A model generated the notes under the pieces. That model was not told where the DNA came from. It did no database searches and worked only from the letters and a program-made list of their open reading frames with translations. From NCBI GenBank assembly GCA_973895155.1, contig OZ316897.1, positions 9,881,832 to 9,945,831 on the forward strand: a stretch of DNA of 64,000 nt, in the 5' to 3' direction. This DNA is from Marsupella aquatica (Eukaryota > Plantae > Marchantiophyta). A program made the position numbers and the translations under genes. Below are positions 1 through 12,300 of the stretch, piece after piece. Every line of letters begins with the position of its first letter. Within the stretch, counting starts at the first letter, position 1.

Positions 1-781
1 CAAGGGAGGATGCCTTCACTATCCATTGGTGACCCCATATGTGGATACGAGTGTCAGTGGTTAGGCCAGGGGGTATTTTGAATCTCTCAGATGAGAAATC
101 CTTGAAGACTGTCAATGCCTTCCCAGTGACATATGAAAGCCCCAACCTCCCTTCCACTTCCACATAGTCCTCTCCTGGCGGTACTCTATGAGTATGGTGC
201 AGAACTTGGTCCTCGGTCTCATGCACACCCAAGGGTTCATAACGACGCCGTTGTCTTTGGGAATGTGCTCGGGTGCGACCAACCCTAGATGGAACTGGTA
301 TAGTCTCCGGATCAACACAAGGGAGGCTACATTGAGGGGGATCTGATGATGCTGCTAACAACTCTCTTGCATCAGCCAAAAGTGTGTTTACCCATAAGTC
401 ATTAGAGACCAATGGAGGAGGGGACCTACGAGGCACCTATTCAATCACAAAAAATACCAACAATTAATAAATGTATGGGTGCAATGTTACAACTTGTGCA
501 TATCAATGTCTCCAAGCACAATAAATGATGCATACCTGGCGAGCAGAATATCCAGGTAAATCACCCTCATGTCGGCCATAGTTCTCAATGTGCTCAATGG
601 CTTCCCAGGCTTGACGAACCACCATGCCTTTACATCTAACACACCAGCATGGAATAGGTCCTATAGGAGGAGGACATTGAGTCCGAGGAGGGGGAGGAGG
701 AACGTCCCCCTCAGAAGATGACGAGGTTGAGTCTGAGTCCGACTCAGAACTCCCAGAACTGGACATCTGCCCATCATCCAT
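1..781 (-). CDS. 5' exons of a CACTA TnpD/Tnp2-like transposase (runs off the window edge)
   Basis: Exon 781-536 encodes IPCWCVRCKG...IEHIENYG, resembling the C-x-C-xx-C...H transposase-associated domain. A phase-0 GT-AG intron spans 535-437, and exon 436-1 stays open to the window edge. Confidence 0.6.
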
Positions 782-1747
782 ACACAATGTCACTATATTT
801 TAGAATCTGCACCATTGTGACAATTATTTACATATATATGTCTTAAGGCAAAACAAAAAAATGTTTAAATCAATAATACCTTAATGAGACCCGCGCTCTG
901 CAGTGCCAACTAGGATCTTGGCCTTAGACTATATGCTAAGACAAGTCTGAAATTACTGCACAAGAACACTTCAACTTAATGAGTGTGTAACAAGATCAAT
1001 AATTAACCTCTGTATGACCATAATTATAGTTGGCTAGGGGGCCGACCTATGTCGGGCACCTCCCAACATTTTAGAGTGGTCCAACCATACCTTTCAGACG
1101 TGCGGGCTCTCACTGTGCATGATGCATTACAAAAATGGACCCCCCAAAAAGCTCAGCAAGCTAACCCTCCGCAAAAACCGAGTGACTTAACCCTCTGCAA
1201 AAAAGAACTGCAAAATTTGGCATGTCACTGTATGCATAAGGTTAGCTAGCTAGGTGAATCCATATTTTGCCCCCAAAATGTCACAATGTAAATACCAAAC
1301 AACTCTCAAATATAACTCGCAACATCTATACATACCAACCACCTCCAAACCACACAATGAGAAGGGACCGCGGCTCCAACGGTCCACCCTATCCCTAAAA
1401 CCCTACTTAAACACATAGAACCAACATACGGTCATCGAACATACAACCAAATTAATTGCCATAGTTATTATATCGGAAAAGACTTCGGACATGAGTAATA
1501 CAAGGAATTAACAAGAGGGGTCCGATGCTATAAGAATCGGACATCCACTATATTTCCGATAATTACAGCATCGCTTGTTCCGATGCAGTAAGAATCGGAT
1601 CCATAGTCGGACAGGTTTTAGGTTTCCCGACCAAAGTGCCACTCCTTAGTCGGGCTTTGCATCGAAAGAGCGTCGGGAGATGTTTTCTTTGGCAAAAGCC
1701 AGGGAAGTGCGTGGTCACGAACTGGAATTGAAGGCCGGGAGGAGCTT

Positions 1748-4700
1748 ATGGCTATGGAGGGGAACAATGGAGGGGCAGGAGGTGGAGCCGGGGGAGCCGG
1801 AGCAGCCGGGAGAGCCGGAGGATCTGCAGGAGATGGAGCCGGGCCATCTCAAAACTTTGGGGACATTATGACAGCCATTTTTCAAACGCCAATAGGGCTC
1901 TCAATAGAAGTTGCGCAGCAGGTTGCTGCATTGACACAGGGATTGATTGACTCTTCAAAGGGCACAATTATTTCAGAAGCTGAGAAAGCATTCGAGGAAA
2001 GGCAGCAGAGGGAGAAAGAAAAGAAGAGGAAGCAAAGGGATGAGAAGCGGAGCATCCCTGCGGAGGCCCTCTCACAAAGACAGAGAGAGAAAGCCTTGTG
2101 TAAAGAAGCACGGGCTGCAGAGAGGAAGAGAGCAGAGGAGGAGAAACAGCAAGCAGAGGAGCGAAGCAAGCGGCCAAAGCTATTTTTGAATAGTGGAGGA
2201 GCTCCCAGGGCCAGGAGCTATAATCTCTTCAGGAGTCAGCTTGGGCAGGTACTTAGATCCCATTTTGGGGTGTTAGACTACTGGGGGAAGCAAAATGAAC
2301 AGGAGAAATTTAGAGTTCGTGAGCAGGTGAAGGAGAGGTTTTCCAATGGATCATTCCTTGATGACAGGTTCTTGAATCGAAAAATCAGCCTCTCACTTGC
2401 AGACAAAAGGAACCATGTCAGGGAGAAGCTAAGGAAATACCTTGGTGAATGCAAGGAAAATGAGGAGGTGATCAGGCAGAGGGGGTGCCCAGTTGATCTA
2501 CCACCAGATGTATGGGCAGCTTGGATCGAGACCGAGCTACAAGTTCAAGCTTGGCAGGCAAGACGGTACTGGCAGGCCAAATTAGAAGAGCTTGCCATCA
2601 AGGCCCAACCAGGGGAGACTGTTGACACCCGCCATGCTCAGAGCAACCTGCAGCATTGGGAAGCAAGATCAGTTCAGCTTGGAGACCCTCCCTCACAAAT
2701 CCTGAAAGCATTGCTTCGAGTTGACAATAGGCCAGTAATCACTCACCGGATGGGGCAGGGTGGGTCAAAGCGTCTCAAGGCAGAGTTTGTAAGTACTCCC
2801 CCTCCTCTCTCCAAGCTCCTCACCTCAATTTGCCTGATCACCTGAGGCTTGTGTATGCCTAAAGAGCCCCGACCCAAAGCTAGTCCCTTCTTATTGTCGA
2901 GGCGAGACCTGCAAGTCAGGCCCGCTCTCGACACTGTATTTTTTCTTTCCTGGGCCGTCTTTCCGATACTGGTCCGATTCTGTCGGTATCGGACCCATAA
3001 TCGGAAGTGTTATCACAACTTTTTTTGAAATTGGGGTCCGATTATGATCCGATAGTATCAGTATCGGATAACCATTCGGACAGTCTGTCCGATATTTTAG
3101 CACGAGGGGTCCGATACTTGGGTAATCGGATAATTTGAATTTTTATCGGTAATCCTTGGTAGATTTCTTAGTAGGATCCAAAGGCCATTGTACATGTATT
3201 TGGGGGTGTGAGGATGTGGGACTACTTGGGGTGTGATAGGGAGGGACTAATGGGGGACAAGTTGATGTTGGGGCCATTTTGTGTGGGGTGTAGGAGCGTG
3301 AGCATGGGCGGCCAATCTTACCAGACGAGAGGGAGTTGGCTAAGAAGCACGGACCGCGAGCTCTCAAAATTCACATGGAGGAGGAGTTGGGTTCGGTATG
3401 GACAATCCTCTGAATGCAATGTCTTAATTGGTTGATGAAAATTTTGTGGTAAGATGGAGCAGACACTAATTGGATTGCTATTTGGATATATGTAGGGCTC
3501 AGAGGAGGGGTCGGAGGGTGAGGACTCGGAGGAGGGCTCAGGGGCAGACGATTCAGATGTAGAGTCGTTGGGCCCAGAGGAGGCAATTGTGGCCGCACCC
3601 ACATCTCGCCGGTCTGGAGTAGTTAGGGACGGTGTTAGTGGTCCTCGCCACTCGACTCGACAGGGTGAGGATCATGGTGTTCCAGCATCACAAAGTAGGG
3701 CCAATAGAGGTGGTGCTAGTCGGGCCCCTAGCGCACACCAGTCGAGAGCCATAGGGGTTGGTTCTAGTGGCCGACGTCAATCAGGGGTTGGTGGTAGAGT
3801 TGACACTCAGGGCCCGCAACATGTTGCACGACATGCTGTTGGTGGGTCTCGCCGATTAGAGCCCCACGGGGAAGGGTGTTCTAGAGGCTCTCAGCAGTTA
3901 GGCGTAGTTGGGAGTGGCTCTGGAGGCTCTGGCCACTCTGGCGGCACTAGGGGTGGCCAGGTTGGAGGGAGTGCAGCCGGCGGTGGAGGGTCTCGGCACT
4001 CTGGTCGCACTGGGGGCGGCCAGTCTAGAGGGAGTGCAGGCGGTGGTGGTGGAGTCTCTCACCACGGAGGCAACACTGGGAGTGGTCGACATGCCCTTGG
4101 CCAGTCTGGAGGGAGTGCAGGCGGTGGTGGTGGTGTCTCTCACCACGGAGGCAGCACTGGGAGTGGTCGACATGCCCTTGGCCAGTCTGGAGGGAGTGCA
4201 GGCGGTGTTGGTGGTGTCTCACCATGGAGGCAGCACTAGGGGTGGTCGACATGCCCCTGGCCAGTCTGGAGGGAGTGCAGGTAGTGGTGGTGGTGTCTCT
4301 CAGCATGCAGGCAGCACTGGGGGTGGTCGACATGCCCCTGGCCAGTCTGGAGGGAGTGCAGGTAGTGGTGGCGGTGTCTCTCAGCATGCAGGCAGCATTG
4401 GGGGTGGTGGACGTGCCTCTGGCACGTCTGGAGGGAGTGGAGGCGGTGGTGGTGGGGTCTCTCACCACTCAGGTCCTCCAGCGGCTAGTCATGGTGCCCC
4501 TAGCCAGTCAGGAGAGAGTGGTGGTGGTGGTGGTGAGTCACGACGTTCTACTGCTGATGGGACCAGTGGGGGGGGTCCCGCAGCTTCCTTTCATACTTGC
4601 CGAGGTAGCGAAGAGGGTGTGCCCTCTCATGGCTCAGGGGCTTCCCATGGTGGTGGTGGGGTTGGTCCACTTCCTCATGTTGCCTCTACACTTGGGACAG

Positions 4701-4810
4701 ACGACCTGGACCAAGCCAATATGGACCAAACCACATTCACCGAGGCTTCTCCACCCCCACCTCCACGGACTCGTTCCAAAAAGAGGAAGGGACGACATGC
4801 TCCATTTTGA
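1748..4810 (+). pseudogene. CACTA TnpA/Ptta-like (Transposase_24-like) gene with a Gly/Ser-rich tail, frameshifted in the tail
   Basis: Phase-0 exons 1748-2788, 3294-3395 and 3496-4810. Motifs CP...W and THRMGQGG..LKAEF|EREHGRP resemble Ptta/En/Spm proteins. A 2-nt deletion in a repeat unit near 4220 shifts the frame (ORF 3568-4239 continues in the frame of ORF 3908-4810). Confidence 0.6.
3900..4480 (+). repeat. Coding minisatellite, 81-bp unit (27 aa, approx. QSGGSAGGGGGVSHHGGSTGSGRHALG), preceded by shorter related units
   Basis: The CCAGTCT(A/G)GAGGGAGTGCAGG anchor recurs at 4020, 4101, 4182, 4261 and 4342 (spacings 81, 81, 79, 81). Confidence 0.9.
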
Positions 4811-5154
4811 GCTGGTAGCAAGTCAGATAGTTGACCAGCATATGCAGAGTAGAGGCCTAGTGTGTTAGGGCACAAAGTGTAGACCATATGGGGCATGCTG
4901 CTATTTCTTATTTGATCCGAGTGGATCACACTTGTACATATTGGGGTCTATATGTATATATTCATTTTAGGGGCTTGAGTACCCTTTTTGGCCATGCATG
5001 GGTTCGAATTAGATCTATGTTGCATGGTTTTTTCAATAAGCTCCAAAATGCCTCCAAAACACCCCTACACCTAACCCTCACCCTCACCCTCACCCTCACC
5101 CTAACCCACTAAATATGCTAATAAGCATGGCATCCCCGCTTCCCAAAGCACTCT

Positions 5155-5603
5155 TTCCGATGCCATTCCGATACTTAAATCATCCCACTCCATCCAACCA
5201 AAACCATGACCTTCCGATGCACTTTGTATTGGACTTCCCCATTCCAGAACTTTCGGATCTTTCGAATCTAACCGCATTGGAACTTGCAAAACTACTAATA
5301 TCGGATATTTTGATGTCTTAACAAACGGACAATAATCGGACACGAATTAAACAGAACAGGCGACAAAGTAGTGGTCCGACACTTCCGGCATCGGATAGTA
5401 AAATATCCGATATTTAAAATTATGGATAGTCCGATGAAGGTAATATCGGTATTTCCGATACTTGTCCGATGGTCTATATCCGATGTGCAGAAAATGGCAT
5501 GTTCCGATGTTGTGGTAATCGGAAGTTTCAAAAATCTGGTTGCAAGTTGCCGAAGGGTTCCGATACTTTCATTGTCGGAAAAGGGCAATAAAATGTACTA
5601 GTG
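5155..5603. repeat. CACTA subterminal repeat field (TCCGA/TCGGA in both orientations) and terminal inverted repeat
   Basis: Repeated TCCGAT/ATCGGA motifs lie immediately inside the TAGTG terminus. Confidence 0.8.
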
Positions 5604-8600
5604 TTTCATGCTTAGGAGACTCAAATCTGTTTAGAAGAGGGTCACAAACTCCACATTGCAGTTTTGAATAGGTCTATGCACTCGTCTACACGGCTGGTAA
5701 TGCACCCATGGTCCAATCAGGGCTTCATCTACTTACAGTGGATTTGAAGTGGTATACACTTCTTGAACTAAATGAACCTTCTAGACAACCTAAGTTTATG
5801 GATGTTTAATATTGATCGGATGGTTCTAAAGATCTACCATAGACTTCTAGAGTTTGCAGAAGTTTTGGAGCCATGCATAGCAGGTTAGGACATGTTTGTT
5901 GAGGGGACACATCATGTTGAGTAGTGCAGCGACAACATACACGAGAGACAATCAACAAGCGCATACACCAACACACAAGATGTGTAATTCACCTTTGTCA
6001 AGACTACGTCCATAGAATGCTAGAGCTTTACTAAGCTTTAGTCACCATAGCCACACCAAGCCTCCAAGTACAAGCTCTCCAAGAATGCTCCACCTGACAC
6101 CTAGCTAGCTTACTCACCCAACAACGAGCATGAGTCTCCAAGAAGAGCACTTACTTGCTCCCCTATATGCCCCACTATATGCTAGGAACTAGAGTTGTGG
6201 CTAACCTCCATTAGGACCCTAACAAGGACCCTAATGGTGATTAACCTAAATATAGTTAACCAGAGCCTAGATCTAAGCCTAACTGTATAGACTCCCTTTT
6301 GGCTCTATTGTGTAAGTCACACATTATGACATTACTAAAGTGTCATTTAGTGTGATTAAACAAACCAAGTATCCCAAGTTTTTTTTACATTAGACTGCAA
6401 AAGCCTACTGACCCCAATTTTGACATTTCATCTGGGCTTCACAACTAACCCACCAGTCTATGTAAGCTTCTTTTTCCTCACTCTAGCAAGAATGATTTGG
6501 CCAAGTGGAGAGGAAATGGTGGGTTTTGGCTTCAACAATCTTCAATAGTGAGCATGATTTGGCCAACTTTAGAAGAAAATATATAATGACGTGGCATGGT
6601 TGCTTATAAACATCCACTCGCATTATAGTAGCTATAGTTTGGGTGCCTATACTGTAATGTGTTGGGGTGAGGGAAGATGGCAAAATTTTCATTTAAGACA
6701 AAAGAAAATAAATTAATAGAACACCAGTGAATTGAGCTCTTACAAGCTTGGTTAATTACAACCATCTTCTTGCACTTATCAAACATTGCAATTGATCAAT
6801 GAGTGCAACAAATGAACCACAAAGATCTGCAAACTCGGTAAGTGCAACCCAAGGAGGACTTTGCAATTATCAAAATCCTGATAAGTGCGATCCTTTACCA
6901 CTGAATTGCAACCTCAATAAGTGCAAGACATACAATGCGATTCAAATGGTTGCATTAACCCATAACTGCAATTTCTAAGCTATATATCAATGCATAAGCC
7001 ACAAGTTGAAAGAAAGTCTGAAAGCTAACAATTCCTTTCAGTTTTTAATTAGAGAAGCAATGCTTTACCCTTGCCCAGAGTAGTGCACTATTTAATCCAA
7101 GATGGTTGAGTGCAAATTATTACTCTAGGTAAACATGCCCATTCCAACTCTTATCAGTGAAAGCAAATACTCCATGATTGGCAGATATCAATAATTGCGT
7201 GCGTACACTGATAGACAGTTTGCGCTTGCACATTTGTCACCTGGTGAATGCAACTTGCATTTATGAAAACTGCAAGAAATGGTGCAAGGACACGGAAAAA
7301 TGACAGAAGATTTTCGGCAAACGGGTTTGGTTGCACTTAATGCCCTTCATGATTTTTCTCCTTGGAATGTTTGGTGCTTTATAGAGAAGAATGCACAGTA
7401 CACATTTGGATTAGGGCAATATGAAACTGGCTTGAAGTATATAAACTCTCTGATATGAGGGCATTGTGGGCAATAATAGTTACTACACAATCTACCATGG
7501 ATAAGTGCAGCATGTATAACTGCATTCCATGGGCTGCAGGGTGGTCGTGCAGTCCCCCAATAATACAATACATTCCTTGTAAATGCACCAAAAAAATGCA
7601 CCATCTGTAAGTACGTGCAGGTAACACGTCACTAAACAACAAATACATAAGCACAGTTCCACTCTATAAGAGTCACATGCATTAATCAATACTACAACAC
7701 ATGTGTTAGAAGCATTTATTGATAAGTGCAATGGACAACTATACATGGTAATTCAGTGCACTTATCCAGTTAAATCGTGCACTAAGAGGATTCTGGGTAT
7801 GAGGAGTCCCATGCATATGACCTGACAAGACATTTGCAGAAATGCATAAGCAATTTCACATGCACTATTTGGAGAGTGTAACAAGCATGTATAAGGAAGT
7901 GCATAAATGATGTCCATGCACTCATGATATAGTGCATAACGAGAATAAGTGCAGCTTTACGGTTGTCGTCCTGGGATCCTACACTTAGACACGGTAGACT
8001 TTTTATACCTGAACCTTTGATACCAGGGCATTTTGCAATTATCCACGGTGCATTTATGCACGGTGGACTGTGTAGCGGAGTTCAAACTCTAGCACACGTC
8101 TACTGCGACCTCAAACTCTTTGCGTACAGTAGCGAACTATAGTTACTACTGCAGTCGTCTGCCGAAATCGAAGGTTTCCCTCGCTCTCGCGGTGAAACTC
8201 TCATTCTGCATCTCTCTCGTGCTCGTCGAGTGTCATTCTCGAAGCTTTCTGTCGTCGGGCTGTCTACAGGAATTGTGGTTCCATGATTGTTTATTAGTTT
8301 CATCATTTGCGTGCGGGTCCTCATTCTCATTCTCATCCTGGAGCTCCGTTTTCTGTGTTCTGTTTCTATGTCTTTCTCGCTCGTTGTTGACATGTGCTGT
8401 GTCTCCTCTCGTCCCGTCTCGCCCCTCGCATGAAAATAAATCGGAGTGAATTCGCTCATTCGTCTCCGAGGAGCGGAGGTCTTTGATTTGTTCTGGCTTT
8501 GAGGCAGGCAGGGAGGGAGGCAGGCTCTGTCCGGCTTCTCTCTTTTTTGGGCTGAGAATGTCTGCTGACCTCCTCTGCAGGCTGTCTGCCAATTGCCTGC

Positions 8601-9305
8601 ATCCGGTGGCTTGGGTTTCCGGTCCATGATTATTTTCGAGTCGTAGGGCTGCTCTGTTGTGTGGCGTGCCGTTGCTGATTTTGGAGTTGGAGCTTCAGCC
8701 GCGTTGTTCCATGTTTGTGTTAGAAGGTTTAGCGCGACGCTCCTAGTTCTCCGCCTTTCCTGGGGTTTGGGTTTCTATCCTCGGGGATTTTGATTGCGAA
8801 GCTACTCGTCCGAGTGGAAGTTTCGACTTCTTCTTTCGTCTTCCTTGCTGTTGTCGATTGGCCGACAAGGTTCGCGAGGATTGGCTGGAAAATGAAGATC
8901 TGTTTGCTTCGCTCCTTTTTGTTACACTATGAGGAGGAGGAAGGGGGGAAGAGAAAGAATTTTCTCATCTGGCCTCGCTATTGCTGAATTATGTCTGTGG
9001 CAGATAAATTCTTTAAAGTAGGTCCGGTTTCTGTCGTGTCAGGGGCATGAGGCCACATGCTGTAAAGAGTTTGTTCGAGAGCTGTGATTACAAAAGTGGA
9101 GGATGAGGGGAATGCTCTGTGTGCGCAACAGCAACACAAATTGCAAGACAAATAACAGGAAGGGGGTGATCGTGCGGTGGACCTTCATATCGAGACGATG
9201 TCAGTTTATGGTAGAGCCGGTGCAATTATCCTGAACAGAGGACGCCGTTCTTCGTTTTCGTTTATATAGAAGCGGTGAGCGTTCTGGATACAGTGGAGGG
9301 GCAAA

Positions 9306-12300
9306 ATGGTGACGTTCAAGATTTCCAAGGTTGGCACTAGATACACACCGAAGCCATCTCCTCACAGGATACAAGCTCGAAATCCACTACCTTTCAGTAC
9401 CACAGAGACTGGCTCCTACAAGAGCAGTCCACTGAGCAATGGGTCCCAAAATGGAGATGGCTCTGCCACAGCTGGTGGAGGAGGGAGGAACGGGACTGAC
9501 TATAATTCCGTGGGGAAGGGCTCAGACCCTATCTCCTTACCGGCTAAACGTGCAGGCTCCTCTATTTGGGAAGGTGGTTCGAAGAAGAAGCGAGCAGAGG
9601 TAGGATCCCCGTCGTCTTCAACTTGCTTTCTATTCTTGTTACCCTTGGCCGGGCCAGCACTATCATATGATGTAAAGGATGTCAAAAGCTCTTCATCCTG
9701 TGATCAACATTTTCTTACCCTCTTACTCCTTGGGCTTTCGCTGTACATCAAAGGCTCCGGAGAACGCATCTTTCCTCCTACTTTTAGGCTTCCTAGGACT
9801 ATCCGTGCCTTTGTCTGACGGTCTAGTGATTTAGAGCCTAGTACACGTAATGAAATCAGCCAATTGGTCTCTCTATCAAATTGTTTTGTGGACCTCCTGA
9901 GGTGGCCGCTCAAAAAACACTTGTCTGGAGGAAGCTGTTATGCATTTGCATTCATCGGGCCCGATTAGAGTGTAGATAGATATGCGTCGCAGTCTGCATA
10001 GTAAGGATCGTGTTCTTTCATAAGCTTTTTGGTGTGGGCTTTTTTCTTGGTTGACAGCTCTACCTGCACAAAGAGCTATTCAATTGCGCTGATTTGTCAG
10101 CGACGTTGGAATTTTCTTAGGTCTTGTTGCGGGGATGCCCTCATGCATTGCCATAGGAGGCACGTTTACGCCATACAGTTTCCTCAAATGTGCGTCCATC
10201 GCTAGTTAACTTGATTATTGTGACTTGTGATGAGCAGAGGTGCGAGAAGAGATTCAACGGAGATTCTGTGGGGCACATCCGATCTGCCGCTAATCTACAA
10301 GGTAATGGGTTTCTATGTGCGCAACATCACCCCACCTTTTGGTCTCCTTGTCGAGACGCCAACGTACCTGTCAAATATGAAGGTGTCTTGTGTTTTGTCT
10401 TGTGGTTGCTTTGTGTGAAGAAGTTTTTTGTTGAAATATTCTCATTCGCTACTCGGTTCCCTTTATACTTTGCACAGATGGGGAAGCCTCCTTTGCGGTG
10501 AATTTGTTCTTGGATGGTTTTTCGATTGATAAGGCTACTGAGGTATATTTTTGGACCCACATGTCAGTAAATTGTGATCGTTTGGTACCGGATTTGAGCT
10601 TCCCTCGTTTCAAACTGCAGGAAAGAGATCGTTCTCAAAGATAGCCAGTATTATCTGTATCGGAGGGTCCTTTTGAGGATAAACAGGTGGTCTGGCACAC
10701 ATATTCATCGTGGTAGTTGATGTAGTTGTTTTGCTATGACTTGTCCATACAGAAAGGAAAATCAATCCCACGTGGATATGAGGTGATGGAGACGCTTTAT
10801 CCATATGATCGGACAAGTGAAAGATTTCTAAGGGTACGAGGAGTTCACTTTCCCTCCTATGATTGTGATCGATGGTTTTGGAGGTCCGGGATCCTTGTTG
10901 GGGTCAGATAATTTTGAAAGTAAATGCATCTAAAAGAATTTAGTACGGTGGTCTAGTTTACTTGTGGGCCATATGTCATGCCCTGTCCGCTCTACAGTGT
11001 TTGCTTTGTGAACCGTATCTCTGTCAATGACTAGCCTGAATGGAAAGTAGCGCTGACCAACGTCCTGATCAGTTTGTTTAGTCAAAACTTCTCTTCTTGC
11101 TCTCTTCTTACTAAGTCCTTATTACTGCGACAGGCCATTGATGGTGGTTGGTTGCCCGGTGATCTGCTGGAGGACATTCCATGCACGTATGTTGATGGGT
11201 GTGTTGTATGTGAGGTATGAACTACAGTTGAGTAATTTAATTTGGTTGCTCAAATACTCTTACTAATGGTGAGGTAGTCTCACCTCTATGGGTAGCTGTG
11301 TTCTGTTTAATACCTGCAAAAAACTTGCCAAATATTTGTGAGCTTGGACTAAACGACAGTTCTTTTTGATTTTATCCTTCAGCTCCGTGATTATCGTGAC
11401 AGCATTCCGTCGGACTCGTCGGATCCTGTTTCCTCCCCTCGGAAAGGAATGTGTACAGAGTGGATTCCCACTGTCCGGAAGGTCTTACTTCAGCCATCGA
11501 CCGAAACAATCGTTAAGGATGTGGCTTCTATGGCTGAAGAAACATGGACGTATAAAGATCGTCTGGTATGTCCCCGGAATATGCAGAGTGAGAGAATGAA
11601 TTCGTCCGACCAAAGCCATTGTCGTGGCATGTCGTCAAACCCTGTGGGCTTTTGAAGAAGCAAGCTTATTCTCTGTTTCTCGTTGGTTCAATGTGTCCCC
11701 ATTTGTGTAGATACCGTTTTTTTCTCGTACAAGGCCTTTCAAATGTATGCTTGTACATCCTGATAGTATTTCTATTTCAATCAAAGCTGTTCCGGTCAGT
11801 TTTTTGATTCGGTGTGTAGGAACGGTGGCTTTCTTTCGTTGTAACACCGGCTTTGCAACATTTCAGGAGGTTGAAGCGAAGATATTAATGGCGGTACAGC
11901 CACCTCTTTGTCTTGATCCAACACCTGAAGTTGCGAAAAAGGCTTACGTCGCCAATTACAACAAGGTTTGCCATTCTTGTGATTTGGATCTTCAGGATTT
12001 ATGAATTTGATGTCTTTGATGAACATTAACTCAATCTAGTATTGAAATGTCTCGTGAGGAATGTGCTATGTGTATAGCCTATTTCTTGGAATTGATTTAC
12101 ACCCTCTGGCTCTGTCTTTGTGGTGCTACAGTTCAAGTTCAACATTGGCAGTCGTTCGTTGCGCCGTTACAGAATGCCAAAGGAAGCGCTCTCTGACCGC
12201 CGCCAGCGTCTGGCGGCTGCTACAAAAGTCTTGCTGAAGAATGGAAAGCCTGTAAAATTACAAAAACTGAGCTCCCAGCGAAATTATCAAGAAGATGTAT

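Larger units (their letters stand above)
1..5603. mobile_element. CACTA (En/Spm) DNA transposon, right-hand part; the other end lies outside the window
   Basis: It ends ...AAAATGTACTAGTG at 5603 (reverse complement CACTAGTACATTTT). A dense field of TCCGA/TCGGA subterminal motifs lies at about 5155-5580, and the element contains TnpD-like and TnpA-like coding exons. Confidence 0.85.

Noticed and set aside
3908-4868. Val/Ala-rich ORFs (N-terminal part of 3908-4810; 4224-4868)
   Set aside because: They are alternative frames of the Gly-rich minisatellite, not separate genes.
5897-6362. Possible solo LTR (TGTTGAG...AAACA)
   Set aside because: The composition is LTR-like, but I could not find a matching 4-6 bp target-site duplication or a second copy.
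8100-8627. 175-aa minus-strand ORF and overlapping ORFs
   Set aside because: They are the antisense reading of the CT-rich PHL 5' leader and have no recognisable domain.
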